A stretch of DNA of 64,000 nucleotides. Origin: Candidatus Marinacidobacterium sp. (GTDB lineage: Bacteria; Acidobacteriota; Vicinamibacteria; Marinacidobacterales; Marinacidobacteraceae). Shown piece after piece: positions 10,375 to 20,800 of this stretch. The position numbers were made by a program, and so were the translations under genes. The stretch spans positions 2,880,001 to 2,944,000 of the forward strand of contig OZ242011.1 of the NCBI GenBank assembly GCA_965204755.1. Reading direction: 5' to 3'. How positions within the stretch are numbered: position 1 is the stretch's first letter; the number at the start of each line of letters is the position of its first letter. The notes below the pieces were generated by a model. The model searched no databases and was not told the origin of the DNA. It saw only the letters and a list, made by a program, of their open reading frames with translations.

Positions 10375-11790
10375 TCAGACCTGATCCTTGTCCACGGAGT
10401 CGCGCCGTTTACGCTCCGGCGCGAACCGGGGGATGTCCGGGATGGCTGACGGCGGTTTGTGCTTGGGGAGGTCCAGACTCGGCTCACTGAGGCCGACGGC
10501 TACGGCGAGGCGGTAGCCCATACGCTCCGTTTCCTCGTCCAAGTCGCCCGGAACGGGAGTATCGAGTATCCGCGCTCCGAGTTGGCCGGTGGGCAGACGC
10601 TTGCCGAGGTTGCTCTTCAGGTCACGCAGGGCGAACTCGTACCGCTCGGCGCGGGAGCCTCCTCCCATTCGGAGAATGGGAAGAAAACCGCTCGCCTTGA
10701 ACTCCGCAGCGTTCGGGTCCCGTCCCTTGAGCGCCTCCTGCACCAGGAATCCGGCGAGGTTGGTGACATCCTGGGTCATTCCTTCGTCCGCATCGTCGAC
10801 CGCGGCGTACGCCGGGTCGGGCAGGTCGGTGGTCACCGGCGCCGGCGCCGTTCCGTCGAAGGGGTCGTAGGATCGTCGGAACCTCTCGGCCTCCTTCTCG
10901 TCGACGCGCCTCAGGGCGGCCACGCGCCGTTCGTGCAGTTCGGCTGTCCCGAGTCGCTCCACCCGCGCCTCCAGGAGGGGCCAGTCCTCCACCTCGTCCT
11001 TCGTCCGCAGCCGGAAGAGGCACGCGTCCACGGTTCCGGCGCCGACATCCATCATGAGATGGAGGCCGTCGCGCCGCTCCTCGCTGCGCGCGTATCCGTA
11101 GGCCCCGGCCATCACTTCGGGGAACAGGCCGATCTCGATGTCGGCCTTCTCTCCGCTCCGAAGGGCCTCTTCCGCGTCTTCCATTCGAATCGGCGCGTCG
11201 CGGAGCGAGAGCTGCCACCCGGCCTCCGCCGCCCTCCGAAAGGCTGCCTGCAGAGCCGTTCTCGGCGGTTCATCCCGGCTCCCGGTATCGGGCGTCCCGG
11301 ACGGGATGCCCGCGTTCAACGACCAGTCGAGCGTCGCGAAGGTCCGGAGGATATCGGCGTGTGTCTCCAAGACCTGGGTGCGGACCGCTCGGAGCATGAG
11401 ACCGAAGTAGGCGGCCACGGCCTTCCGCGCCTCGGCGCCTCGTTCGGTGTCCCCACCCGCCGATGCGGCATCCATCAGGTTCAGTTTGATGCCGCGGCGC
11501 CGACGCCCGGCATCGCCGCCATCCAAATGGCAGACGCCGTCGGGGTCCTCGGTGAACGAGGACGGCCAGAGCCAGTCGCCGTCGTCGATCGTTCGGTGCT
11601 CTCGGCGAGCCAGGAACCGGGGGGCGCCCGGTATGTACGGCGCATGGACGACGACCTTGGAGGTGGAGGTTCCGAAGTCGAAGCCGATCACCAACACGCA
11701 TTCGCCGGCGCGGCCGCTGTCCGCGTATCCCAGTCGGTCGGGTCGCAGGGAGGGCGCGGCGTCACCGAGGTGCGGCCCGCTTCCTGCCAT
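10375..11790 (-). CDS. Actin/Hsp70-fold (ASKHA) ATPase-like protein
   Basis: Phosphate-1 IGFDFGTSTSKV, connect-1 FPEVMAG, phosphate-2 MDVGAGTVD, adenosine MGGGSR. Confidence 0.75.
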   Translation of the reverse strand: MAGSGPHLGDAAPSLRPDRLGYADSGRAGECVLVIGFDFGTSTSKVVVHAPYIPGAPRFLARREHRTIDDGDWLWPSSFTEDPDGVCHLDGGDAGRRRRGIKLNLMDAASAGGDTERGAEARKAVAAYFGLMLRAVRTQVLETHADILRTFATLDWSLNAGIPSGTPDTGSRDEPPRTALQAAFRRAAEAGWQLSLRDAPIRMEDAEEALRSGEKADIEIGLFPEVMAGAYGYARSEERRDGLHLMMDVGAGTVDACLFRLRTKDEVEDWPLLEARVERLGTAELHERRVAALRRVDEKEAERFRRSYDPFDGTAPAPVTTDLPDPAYAAVDDADEGMTQDVTNLAGFLVQEALKGRDPNAAEFKASGFLPILRMGGGSRAERYEFALRDLKSNLGKRLPTGQLGARILDTPVPGDLDEETERMGYRLAVAVGLSEPSLDLPKHKPPSAIPDIPRFAPERKRRDSVDKDQV

Positions 11791-11815
11791 CGTGTCGACC
11801 CGCGAAAGGTACTCG

Positions 11816-14800
11816 CTACTCGTCGATGCGTATTACGGCTACGGCCAACTCTTCGGCGGGATTGTACCGAACCTGGAGTTTCGACAGGAGACTCTCCTTG
11901 CGTCTTTCGAGTCTCACCTTCTCGTTCCCGAGTCGGGTCTCCACTCCCTTCGCCAAGTTCTCGCGCTGCATGGCTTCCCGCATCCGACCGTGGACCCGAT
12001 GCTCGGCGGCGTGGTCCCGGTGGAGACGAACCTGCGGAGCAAGCGTCTCCTCCCGTCGCCGGGTCTGGCGCTCGATCGCAGAAACCTGGAACCGGAGTCG
12101 GTCCTCGTTGGCTGCCTGCTCCTCCTCGCGCACGGCATCGAGTCGTCCGGCGAGTTCGTCGAATAGACGCTCCGCGGCTTCTCGGGCGAGCCCGTAGTCC
12201 ACCTCGCCGCGCGCCGAGAGCCACGACTTCCCCTTCAACATCACCGCCGTCGCCAGACTCTCGGCGTCCGTCGGCAGGACCGGATCGCCTGCGGTTTCGA
12301 GTCGCTCCGCCGCGTACTTGATGTGGGTGGTCGTACGCAATCCCTCGAACCGGGCGGCCGAGACCACGAGCAGGTAGTCGCCGGGGGCGAACGCGGTTCC
12401 GCCGTTCGGCGCCTCGGCGCGGCGCAACCGGGCGGCGACCACGGTGCGGAGGTGTTGCTCCCGATCGGGATCGTCGAGCAGATGGGCGACGAACTGCGTC
12501 ATCGGGTGGAACTGGGTGATGACTTCCTCGGGCCCGGTCCGGCCGGCGTCGGTCCGGTTGGTGAATCGGCAACGCACCGGACCGACGGCGGTGTCCAGCC
12601 GCGTGTCCGTCGGCAGCCGTCGGCGGCGGAGGAAATCCCGGAATTCGACCTGGGCGCGGGCGGACAGGTCCAGCGTCGCCAGGTTCCCGGAATCGAGATC
12701 GGGCGCCGCCTCGTCCCCGCCGTCCCGGCTCCGGGAGACCCGGGTACCGGAGTAGAGCCGCCGCAGGTTCTCCGTCACATAGGTCGCGATGTCTTCCGGC
12801 CCCAGCCAACGCCGCCGGTCCTTGGCCGCCGAGACCCGATCCAGGATGTAGTCGCCGTAGGCGACCAGGCCGGGCGCCTCGTCCTCGAGGTCCTGCTCCT
12901 GTCTGCGGCGGTGCTCGATCGCGTACGCCGTCTGCTCGATCCTCTCGGTCTTCTCTTCGTCGGTCAGCCGGTCCGAGAGCAGCGCCCGCGTCAACACCCG
13001 GACCTGCTCGGTAACGATGTCCTCGCAGTCGCCGAGATATCGCCGGAAGACATCGAGTTTCTCGAACAGGATCTCGTGGATCCGGAAGTCGATGGTGTCC
13101 TCGTGGAGCAGCGTCCAGACCACGATCTTGTCGGCGGTCTGGCCGATGCGGTCGAGGCGGCCGATCCGCTGTTCGACCCGCATCGGGTTCCAGGGCAGGT
13201 CGTAGTTGACGAGGAGCCGGCAGAACTGGAGATCGACTCCCTCGGAGCCGACCTCGGTGGAAAGCAGGATGTTCGGGCCGTCCGGCTTCTCGAAGTCCGC
13301 CAGGACCTCATCGACCGACCGTTTCTGTCCACCCTGCAGGACGGCGCTGGGGAACCCGTCTTCCGCCAGTCGCTCGGACAGGTAGGCGATCGTCGGTCGG
13401 AAGGTCGAGAACAGGACGAGTTTGCCTCCGGGCTCGTCCGCCGAGTACTCGCGCAATTTCGACAACAGGAGTCCGTACTTGGTGTCCCTCCGCCGGAGGA
13501 GAGCGATGAGCCCGTCGGCGTCGCTGTCCCCTCCCGCGAGCCATCCCCGGATGGAGCGGCGCAGGTGGGCGATGAGCGGCCGGTGGGTTTCCTCTTCCTC
13601 GTCGCCTTCCTCGAGCGTCTCCGCATCCATGGACTTCGTCGTTTCCTCCGGCGCGAACCAGGTGATGACGGAGGCCGCGAAGCAACTCGCCATCTGGCGC
13701 TGCGGCTGGGCCAACAGGAACGCCTGCACCGTCTCGTGTTCGTCGGCGTATTCCCTCACGGCATCGGTGACCTGTTGGTAGTACTTCCTCTCGTCCTCGT
13801 TCATCGCCACCGACTCGCGAACGACATCCCGATACACCCGGTCCTCCTCGACATCCCGTCTCCGGGTCCGGCTGATGACATGACCGAGCAGGTTGACGCG
13901 TTCGAGGCGGTACGCGAGATCGCTGCGCTCCTCGGCGCTCGGCGCCTTCCCGAGCGCCTCGAAGTCACGGCGGATCCGTTGCAACTGTTTGCTTCCCGAC
14001 AGCGAGGGGCGGGCTTCGGCGGCGGCGAAATCGGCAGCGAGGGAACCGGGATCCGTGGAGGCGCGGCGAAGCGCGTCGCGGGCGCGGATGAGGGGTTCGT
14101 TCGCCTGGCGGATCGCGTCCAGGGCCTCGGGCTCGGAGAAGGTGTCGGGATCGAGGAGGTGGAGGAGAGCGAAGAGATCCTGCTGTCGGTTGTGAACCGG
14201 CGTGGCGGACAGGAGCGCGCCGTGTCCGGACGCTTCGATCGCGGCCTTGATCAACTTGTGGGTCTGCGTCGCGGGGTTTCGTCCGTGGTGCGCCTCATCG
14301 ACGACGAGCAGGTCGAAACAGGGGTGGTGGGTCGTGTCCGCCAGGTACTCGTGGAGCGCCTGCGCCGGGGTCGTCCCGGACCCATCGGATCCCTCCGACG
14401 GCTTGCGGAGGATCAGGGCGCTGGTGCTGGCGATGAGGCTGAGGGGCGCGTCCGGAGGTTCGTTTCGGAGGCGGTCGAGGAGATCCGGGGCGCCGACGAG
14501 CGCCGCCCGGATTCCGAACTTTGTGAGGAGTTCCCGCCGCCACTTCTCCCGGAGCGCCTTCGGGCACAGGACCAGGAGGCGGCGCGCGTCGAAACGGGAG
14601 CGCAACTCCGTCCAGATGAGGCCGGCTTCGATGGTCTTGCCGAGACCGACTTCGTCGGCGAGGAGAACCCGCCCGGTCGGCGACTCGATGATCTTGATGA
14701 CCGGCTTGAACTGGTAGGCCTTGAAGTCGGTGTTCGTCGCCTCCATGCTGTAGAGCATGTCGGCGGGGTGGCCCGCCACCCGGACATGCGTGAGGAGCCG

Positions 14801-15022
14801 GCGCAGTTCGCTCGGCGCGGCGAACTCGCCGGTCGCGAGGAGGTCCAGCGGCGTAACCGGCCCTTCGGGAACGAGTTCCAGTTGGGACTCGGGCACATGC
14901 CTCGGCCGTTCCCCGCCGAGACCGACCAACCAGTGGCGGCGGCCCGAGCGCATCTCGGACCTTCGCAGTACGCCGCGGCGCGTCGGGTTGTGCCGCAGCC
15001 GTACTTCGTCGCCCGGATTCAT
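11816..15022 (-). CDS. SNF2/RapA-like SF2 helicase
   Basis: LADEVGLGKTIEAG, DEAHH, SATP, SEGVDLQ, NYDLPWNPMRVEQRIGRLDRIGQ; likely start MNPGDEV at 15022. Confidence 0.92.
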   Translation of the reverse strand: MNPGDEVRLRHNPTRRGVLRRSEMRSGRRHWLVGLGGERPRHVPESQLELVPEGPVTPLDLLATGEFAAPSELRRLLTHVRVAGHPADMLYSMEATNTDFKAYQFKPVIKIIESPTGRVLLADEVGLGKTIEAGLIWTELRSRFDARRLLVLCPKALREKWRRELLTKFGIRAALVGAPDLLDRLRNEPPDAPLSLIASTSALILRKPSEGSDGSGTTPAQALHEYLADTTHHPCFDLLVVDEAHHGRNPATQTHKLIKAAIEASGHGALLSATPVHNRQQDLFALLHLLDPDTFSEPEALDAIRQANEPLIRARDALRRASTDPGSLAADFAAAEARPSLSGSKQLQRIRRDFEALGKAPSAEERSDLAYRLERVNLLGHVISRTRRRDVEEDRVYRDVVRESVAMNEDERKYYQQVTDAVREYADEHETVQAFLLAQPQRQMASCFAASVITWFAPEETTKSMDAETLEEGDEEEETHRPLIAHLRRSIRGWLAGGDSDADGLIALLRRRDTKYGLLLSKLREYSADEPGGKLVLFSTFRPTIAYLSERLAEDGFPSAVLQGGQKRSVDEVLADFEKPDGPNILLSTEVGSEGVDLQFCRLLVNYDLPWNPMRVEQRIGRLDRIGQTADKIVVWTLLHEDTIDFRIHEILFEKLDVFRRYLGDCEDIVTEQVRVLTRALLSDRLTDEEKTERIEQTAYAIEHRRRQEQDLEDEAPGLVAYGDYILDRVSAAKDRRRWLGPEDIATYVTENLRRLYSGTRVSRSRDGGDEAAPDLDSGNLATLDLSARAQVEFRDFLRRRRLPTDTRLDTAVGPVRCRFTNRTDAGRTGPEEVITQFHPMTQFVAHLLDDPDREQHLRTVVAARLRRAEAPNGGTAFAPGDYLLVVSAARFEGLRTTTHIKYAAERLETAGDPVLPTDAESLATAVMLKGKSWLSARGEVDYGLAREAAERLFDELAGRLDAVREEEQAANEDRLRFQVSAIERQTRRREETLAPQVRLHRDHAAEHRVHGRMREAMQRENLAKGVETRLGNEKVRLERRKESLLSKLQVRYNPAEELAVAVIRIDE

Positions 15023-15444
15023 CGCGAAGGGCGCGGGATGGTACCGGTCGGCGAGCGGTCCTCTCGCCGACTTCCCGGCGCGGCGAGCGGGAGTCAACCT
15101 CGTCTGTTGCGCGCCGTTTCCCGGCCGGCGAACCCGAGTCGCGTCGTGGCGCGGCCCCGGCGGTCGCGCCCGACAGCGAGCCCTCCGAGGGCGCGGCGCG
15201 CCGCCGCTCGCCGCGGCCGTTCCGCCTCGGTGTCCCCGGAGAACGGGACCGCCGCCGGGCCCGACCCGACGCCCGCCTCCGTTTCGGCGCTCGTTCCTCC
15301 GCCTCCCGGCCGCGGCGCGTTTCCCGGGATGCCGCACCGGCCGGCGGGGAGGGGGGCGCGACCCGTCCGGCGGCGGCCCCGGGCCGCGCGTAGGGGTACG
15401 CCTCCGTCGACGGCTCGGCGCGCCCGGGCCGGGCCGGCCGGGTC

Positions 15445-15551
15445 AGCTATACACAATTCCCGCCCGAGTTCGGCTCAGCTATACACAATTCGGCTCAGCT
15501 ATACACAATTCCGGTCAGCTATACACAATTCGGCCGAGCTATACACAATTC
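15445..15551 (+). repeat. Array 1: AGCTATACACAATTC x5 (20-bp pitch for copies 2-5)
   Basis: Copies start at 15445, 15477, 15497, 15517, 15537. Confidence 0.95.
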
Positions 15552-15614
15552 GGGCGTCCGGCGGCGGTTCGGCGCTCCATTCGTTCGGTGCGTTCGATCC
15601 AGAGAAACGGGGTC

Positions 15615-15652
15615 GAAACGCCCCGAAACGCCCTGAAACGCCCCGAAACGCC
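15615..15652 (+). repeat. 10-bp tandem repeat GAAACGCCC(C/T) x4
   Basis: Read directly between the two 15-bp arrays. Confidence 0.85.
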
Positions 15653-15740
15653 GTCTCCACAGCCTGATTCGGTCGATGAGGAAGTCCCAGGCCGGTTCTT
15701 CCGTCGTGCGTCCGCGGGCCCAGGACCGCCCGGCCGGGCC

Positions 15741-15816
15741 AGCTATACACAATTCCCGCCGGCTATACACAATTCGGTGGGAGCTATACACAATTCGAGT
15801 CAGCTATACACAATTC
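15741..15816 (+). repeat. Array 2: (A/G)GCTATACACAATTC x4 (20-21-bp pitch)
   Basis: Copies start at 15741, 15761, 15782, 15802. Confidence 0.95.
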
Positions 15817-15996
15817 CGGGCGGCCATCGAGGTCGCCCCGCTTTCGTGGACGAGGCGGCGCCTGGGCGTCTTGTCCCCGACCGTCGGAGTCGGGCGACCG
15901 TGCGGATGGATGTCCAAATCATGGTGTGTTTCAACGAGTGAGGTGTCGAAACAACCGGAAGGAATATCACCCTCGGCGCCAGGATGACGCGCCGTG

Positions 15997-17808
15997 ATGG
16001 AACGCCGCGCCGAGTCCGTCCTGCGCCGTTGGCTCGCGGAGGACCGCCGCAAGCCGCTGGTGATCCGCGGCGCCCGGCAGGTCGGGAAGACGACGCTCGC
16101 GCGGCGGTTCGCGGAGGCCGCCGGCCGCGATCTCCTCGAGATCGACCTCGAACGGCACGCCGACCTCGACCGGACCTTCGCCAGCCTCGACCCCGACCGG
16201 ATCGTCTCGGGGATCGAATCCCGGGTTGACCGGCGGCTCGGGCGGGCGATCCTCTTCCTCGACGAGATCCAGGCCGCGCCCCGGGCGCTGGCAGCGCTGC
16301 GCTACCTCTACGAGCAGCGCCCGGAGATTCCCGTGATCGCCGCCGGATCGCTGCCCGAGTTCACGCTCGCCGACCACTCCTTCCCGATGCCGGTCGGGCG
16401 GATCGAGTACCTCCACCTCGGCCCGATGGCGTTCTCGGAGTTCCTCGGCGCGGTCGAACCGGCGCTCGCGCAGCGCATCGCCGACTTCGATCCGGAGTCG
16501 CCGCCGGGAGTCCCTACGCGCGAGCGGCTCTCCCGGCGCCTGCGCGAATACCTGTTCGTCGGCGGCCTGCCCGAGGCGGTGCTCCGCTACCGCGAGACCG
16601 GCTCGATGGAGGAAGTGGCGCGGGTCCACCGCTCGGTGGCGGGAACCTACGCCGACGACTTCGCCAAGTACGCGCGGAACGCGGACCTCGGCCGGCTCCG
16701 GCGCCTGTTCCCGGCGATCGCCCGGTCCGTGGGAGAGCGGGTTCGGTACAGCCGGCTCGACCCCGAGTCCCGCGCCGAGCCGACGCGCCGGGCGCTCGAC
16801 CGCCTCGTCCGCGCCCGCCTCTGCCACCGGGTGATCCACAGCCACTGCTCTCGCGCGCCGCTCGGCGCGTCGGCGGTCGAGCGCGCCTACAAGTTGGTCT
16901 TCCTCGATGTGGGGCTGATGAACCACCTCTCCGGCGTGACGCCGGCGATGGCCGCGGAGGCGGACTCCGTCCCGCCGGCGAACGAGGGCCGGATCGCCGA
17001 GCAGTTCGTCGGGCAACACCTCGCGGCCGGGGACGGCAGCGAACCGCCGGGCGCTTGGTACTGGTTGCGGAACGCCCGGAGCGGCAACGCGGAAGTGGAC
17101 TATGTGGTGGCGGAGGGCGACCGGATCGTTCCGGTGGAAGTGAAGGCGGGGGCGTCCGGCGCCATGAAGTCGCTCCGGGTCTTCGCCGCCGCGAAGCGGC
17201 CGCCGCTCGCCGTGCGTTTCGCCATGAACCGGCCTTCGCGGGAAACCGTGCGGGCGACCGCGCGCCTCGGCGGCGAGCCCCGCGAGGTGAGTTTCGAACT
17301 GCTGAACCTTCCGCTCTACACGGTGGAGTCGCTGCCCCGCATCCTCGCGGATCTGCGGCGGAAGGGAGGCGCGCCCGCGGCGGATACGACCCCGGCGACC
17401 GACGACGGCGAGCGGGAAACGCGCGAGCGCCCCGCCCGCCCCCGGCGCGCCCCGGCCGGCCTCGCGCCGTCCGACAGCGTGCGGTACACCGTCCACCGCT
17501 GGGACGAGGACTCGCACCCGGGCCGCGTCGAGATCGGCATCCTCTCCGGCGAGTCCCCCGCCGCCGGCGGGGCGGGGCGCACCCTCACGGTCTATCCCGA
17601 CACCGCTCGCCGCCTGGCGGCGCTGCTGGACTCGCGCGGCCTCCGGCGGCTCCCCGGCGAGTCCCCGGCCGCCCGGCTCGCCCGACTCGACCGCAGCGGG
17701 GTACTCCTCGATTTCCTGGAAGCCGCGAGCGGCGAGCATCCCCCCGACTCCGAATCGGGCGACCTGCTGCGCGTCCTCTGGGAGGCGCTCCAGCCCGAAG
17801 GCGGGTAG
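15997..17808 (+). CDS. AAA14 ATPase with DUF4143 / PD-(D/E)XK C-terminus and extra C-terminal region
   Basis: GARQVGKT, LFLDEIQ, GGLPE, EVDYV...PVEVKAG. Confidence 0.88.
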   Translation: MERRAESVLRRWLAEDRRKPLVIRGARQVGKTTLARRFAEAAGRDLLEIDLERHADLDRTFASLDPDRIVSGIESRVDRRLGRAILFLDEIQAAPRALAALRYLYEQRPEIPVIAAGSLPEFTLADHSFPMPVGRIEYLHLGPMAFSEFLGAVEPALAQRIADFDPESPPGVPTRERLSRRLREYLFVGGLPEAVLRYRETGSMEEVARVHRSVAGTYADDFAKYARNADLGRLRRLFPAIARSVGERVRYSRLDPESRAEPTRRALDRLVRARLCHRVIHSHCSRAPLGASAVERAYKLVFLDVGLMNHLSGVTPAMAAEADSVPPANEGRIAEQFVGQHLAAGDGSEPPGAWYWLRNARSGNAEVDYVVAEGDRIVPVEVKAGASGAMKSLRVFAAAKRPPLAVRFAMNRPSRETVRATARLGGEPREVSFELLNLPLYTVESLPRILADLRRKGGAPAADTTPATDDGERETRERPARPRRAPAGLAPSDSVRYTVHRWDEDSHPGRVEIGILSGESPAAGGAGRTLTVYPDTARRLAALLDSRGLRRLPGESPAARLARLDRSGVLLDFLEAASGEHPPDSESGDLLRVLWEALQPEGG

Positions 17809-17873
17809 CGGCTCCGGCCCCGTCGGCCCGCGCCGGATTCGCCCGCCCGCCCCATAGAATCGCCCGCTTCCCG

Positions 17874-20800
17874 ATGGGCCGGACCTTCTTCGACCAGCCG
17901 ATCCTGAACTCGCCCTACGAAGTCCCGGGCCGCCACTGGAAACTCGACTCCGCCGGGCAGCCGACCGACGAGATCGTCGCTTCCCGCCGCGACGCGGAGT
18001 TCCTCTCCCCGGTCCCGGCCCCGAAGCACGGCCCGCAGAGCCAACTCCGGCTGGCGCTCGGCGACGAGTCCCTCTCCACCGCCGAGCAGCAGTACAACCC
18101 CTACCCGGTCATCAACCGCATCCGCGGGGAAGTGGCCCGCTGGCGGGCGCTGCCGGAGGCGCGGTGGCGCGTCACCCCGGAGACCGCCCGCCTGCTGAAG
18201 CACTGGCGCCACCACGACTTCCGCGGCCACCGACCCTTCTTCTGCCAGGTCGAGGCGGCGGAAACCGCGATCTGGCTGGTCGAAGTCCTGGGCGTCCTCC
18301 GCCCCTCGGACGCGGGGATTCCGGCGCGCCTGCGCGGGATCCGCTCCCACCTCATCGGCGCGAACCGGAGCGCGAACCCCGACCTCTTGCGCCTCGCTCT
18401 GAAGATGGCGACCGGCGCGGGGAAGACCACGGTGATGGCGATGCTGATCGCCTGGCAGACGGTGAACGCCGTCCGCCATCCCGCGCGGCGAAACTTCACG
18501 CGCGGCTTCCTGGTGGTGACTCCGGGAATCCCCATCCGCGACCGGCTGCGGGTGCTGCTCCCGAACGACCCGGGCAGCGGGTACCAACGCCGCGAACTCG
18601 TGCCCCGGGACATGTTGGCCGACCTCGACCGCGCCCGGATCGTGGTTACGAACTACCACGCCTTCCAGCGTCGGGAGCGAACGCCTCTGGCGAAGGGGAC
18701 GCGCGCGCTGCTGCGGGGCCGCGGCAGCGAACCCACCACCCGCGAAACCGAGGGCGAAATGCTGCGGCGGGTGATGTCCGGCCTGATGGGGATGGAGCGC
18801 ATCCTCGTCCTGAACGACGAGGGGCACCACTGCTACCGCGAGAAAGCCGGCGCCAGCACGGAAGGGGCCTTGGTCGCGGAAGATCGGGACGAGGCGAAGA
18901 AGAACACCAGGAAGGCGCGGATCTGGATCAACGCGATCGAAACCGTGCGGCGGAAGATCACGGTACCGATGGTCTTCGACCTCTCCGCTACGCCGTTCTT
19001 CCTGCGCGGCTCCGGGTACGCCGAAGGAACGCTGTTCCCCTGGACGGTCAGCGACTTCTCGCTCATGGACGCCATCGAGTCCGGTATCGTGAAACTGCCG
19101 CGCGTCCCGGTCTCTGACGATGTGGAGCCCGACGACCTGCCGCGGCTGCGCAACCTGTGGGAACACATCGGCAAGGACATGCCGAGGAAGGGACGGCGGA
19201 AGAAGAAGCCCGGCGGCGACCTCGACCCGGAACTCCTCCCGCCGTTGCTCGAAACCGCGCTCCACGCCCTCCACTCCCACTACCGGCGGACCTTCGACTC
19301 GTGGCGCGAGGCAGGGATCGTCACCCCGCCCGTGATGATCGTCGTGTGCAACAACACCGCGACCTCGAAACTCCTCTACGACTACATCGCCGGCGGGGAA
19401 CGAACGCGGAATGACGGGACACCGGTGTTCAAGAACGGCCGTCTGGAGTCCTTCCGCAACTACGGAGAAGACGGCAGTCGGCTGGCCCGCCCGCGCACGC
19501 TGCTCATCGACAGCGAACAGATCGAGTCGGGAGACGTTCTCGACAAGGCCTTCCGTGAGGCCGCGAAGGACCAGATCGAACGGTTCCGGCGGGAGATCGT
19601 GGACCGCACCGGCAGCCGGGAGAAGGCGGAGGCGATCACCGACGCAGATTTGCTGCGCGAAGCGGTGAACACGGTCGGAAAGCCAGGAACGCTCGGCGAA
19701 GACATCCGCTGCGTGGTCTCCGTCCAGATGCTCACCGAAGGCTGGGACGCCAACACCGTAACGCACATCCTCGGCATCCGGGCCTTCGGGACCCAACTCC
19801 TCTGCGAACAGGTCGTCGGGCGGTCGCTGCGCCGGCAGTCGTACCAGTTGAACGACGAAGGCCTCTTCGACCCCGAATACGCGGATGTGCTCGGCATCCC
19901 GTTCGACTTCACGGCGAAGCCGACGGTCGTCAAACCGACGAAACCGGAGCCGGTCGCCCATGTCCATGCGGTCCTCCCGGAGCGCGAGGGCTTGGAGATC
20001 CGCTTCCCGCACGTTCAGGGGTACCGACAGGAACTCCCGGATGACCGCCTGACCGCGGAATTCGTTTCCGACTCGAAGTTGATCCTGACGCCGGAACTCG
20101 TGGGGCCGGCCCGGACGGAGAACCGGGGGATCGTCGGGCTGCCGGTGGAACTGCGCCCCGACTGGATCCAGGGTGTCCGGCCGGCGACGATCGCCTTCCA
20201 TCTGGCCCACGACCTGATTCGCCGCCACCTCCGTGGCGCGGAGGATGAACCCCGCCTCCACCTCTTCGGCCACGCCCGGCGCATCGCGCGCCAGTGGCTG
20301 GACGAGTGTCTCGTCTGTCGAGGGAACACGCACCCGGGACAGGTGCTCTACGAGCAGTTCGCGGCGACGGCCTGCGAGAAGATCCATGCGGCCATTACGC
20401 CTTCGCTCGGAAACAAGCGATCGCTGGCGGTCCTCGACCCGTACAATCCGGCGGGCTCCACGACCGAAGTGAATTTCCGCACGGCGAGGCGCGACCTCTG
20501 GCGCACCGACGAGAAGAGGTCCCAGGTGAACCTCGCCGTCTGCGACTCGTCGTGGGAGAGGGGGTTCTGTCGTGTCGTCGAGATCCATCCGCGGGTCGAT
20601 GCGTATGTGAAGAACGCCGGACTCGGGTTCGAGGTGCCCTACCGGCTGGCGGGGGAGTCCCGGCGGTACCTGCCGGATTTCATCGTCCGTGTCCGGGACG
20701 ATGACGGCGACCCCGTCAACCTGGTCGTCGAGATCAAAGGACTTCGGGGCGAAGACGCGAAAGCGAAGGCCGAAACGATGCGCACTCGTTGGGTCCCCGG

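Noticed and set aside
10375-11790. dnaK or ftsA
   Set aside because: Only generic ASKHA motifs; length and context fit neither.
11816-15022. Complete DISARM or Zorya system
   Set aside because: No DrmA/B/C or ZorA/B/C-like genes are recognisable nearby.
12323-15667. 1114-aa plus-strand ORF (and similar long ORFs at 17592-21041, 54506-57151, 57464-60436)
   Set aside because: Antisense to well-supported genes, with no motifs.
15445-15816. CRISPR or guide-RNA array
   Set aside because: Repeats are 15 bp and linkers mostly 5-6 bp, too short for spacers; no cas genes in the window.
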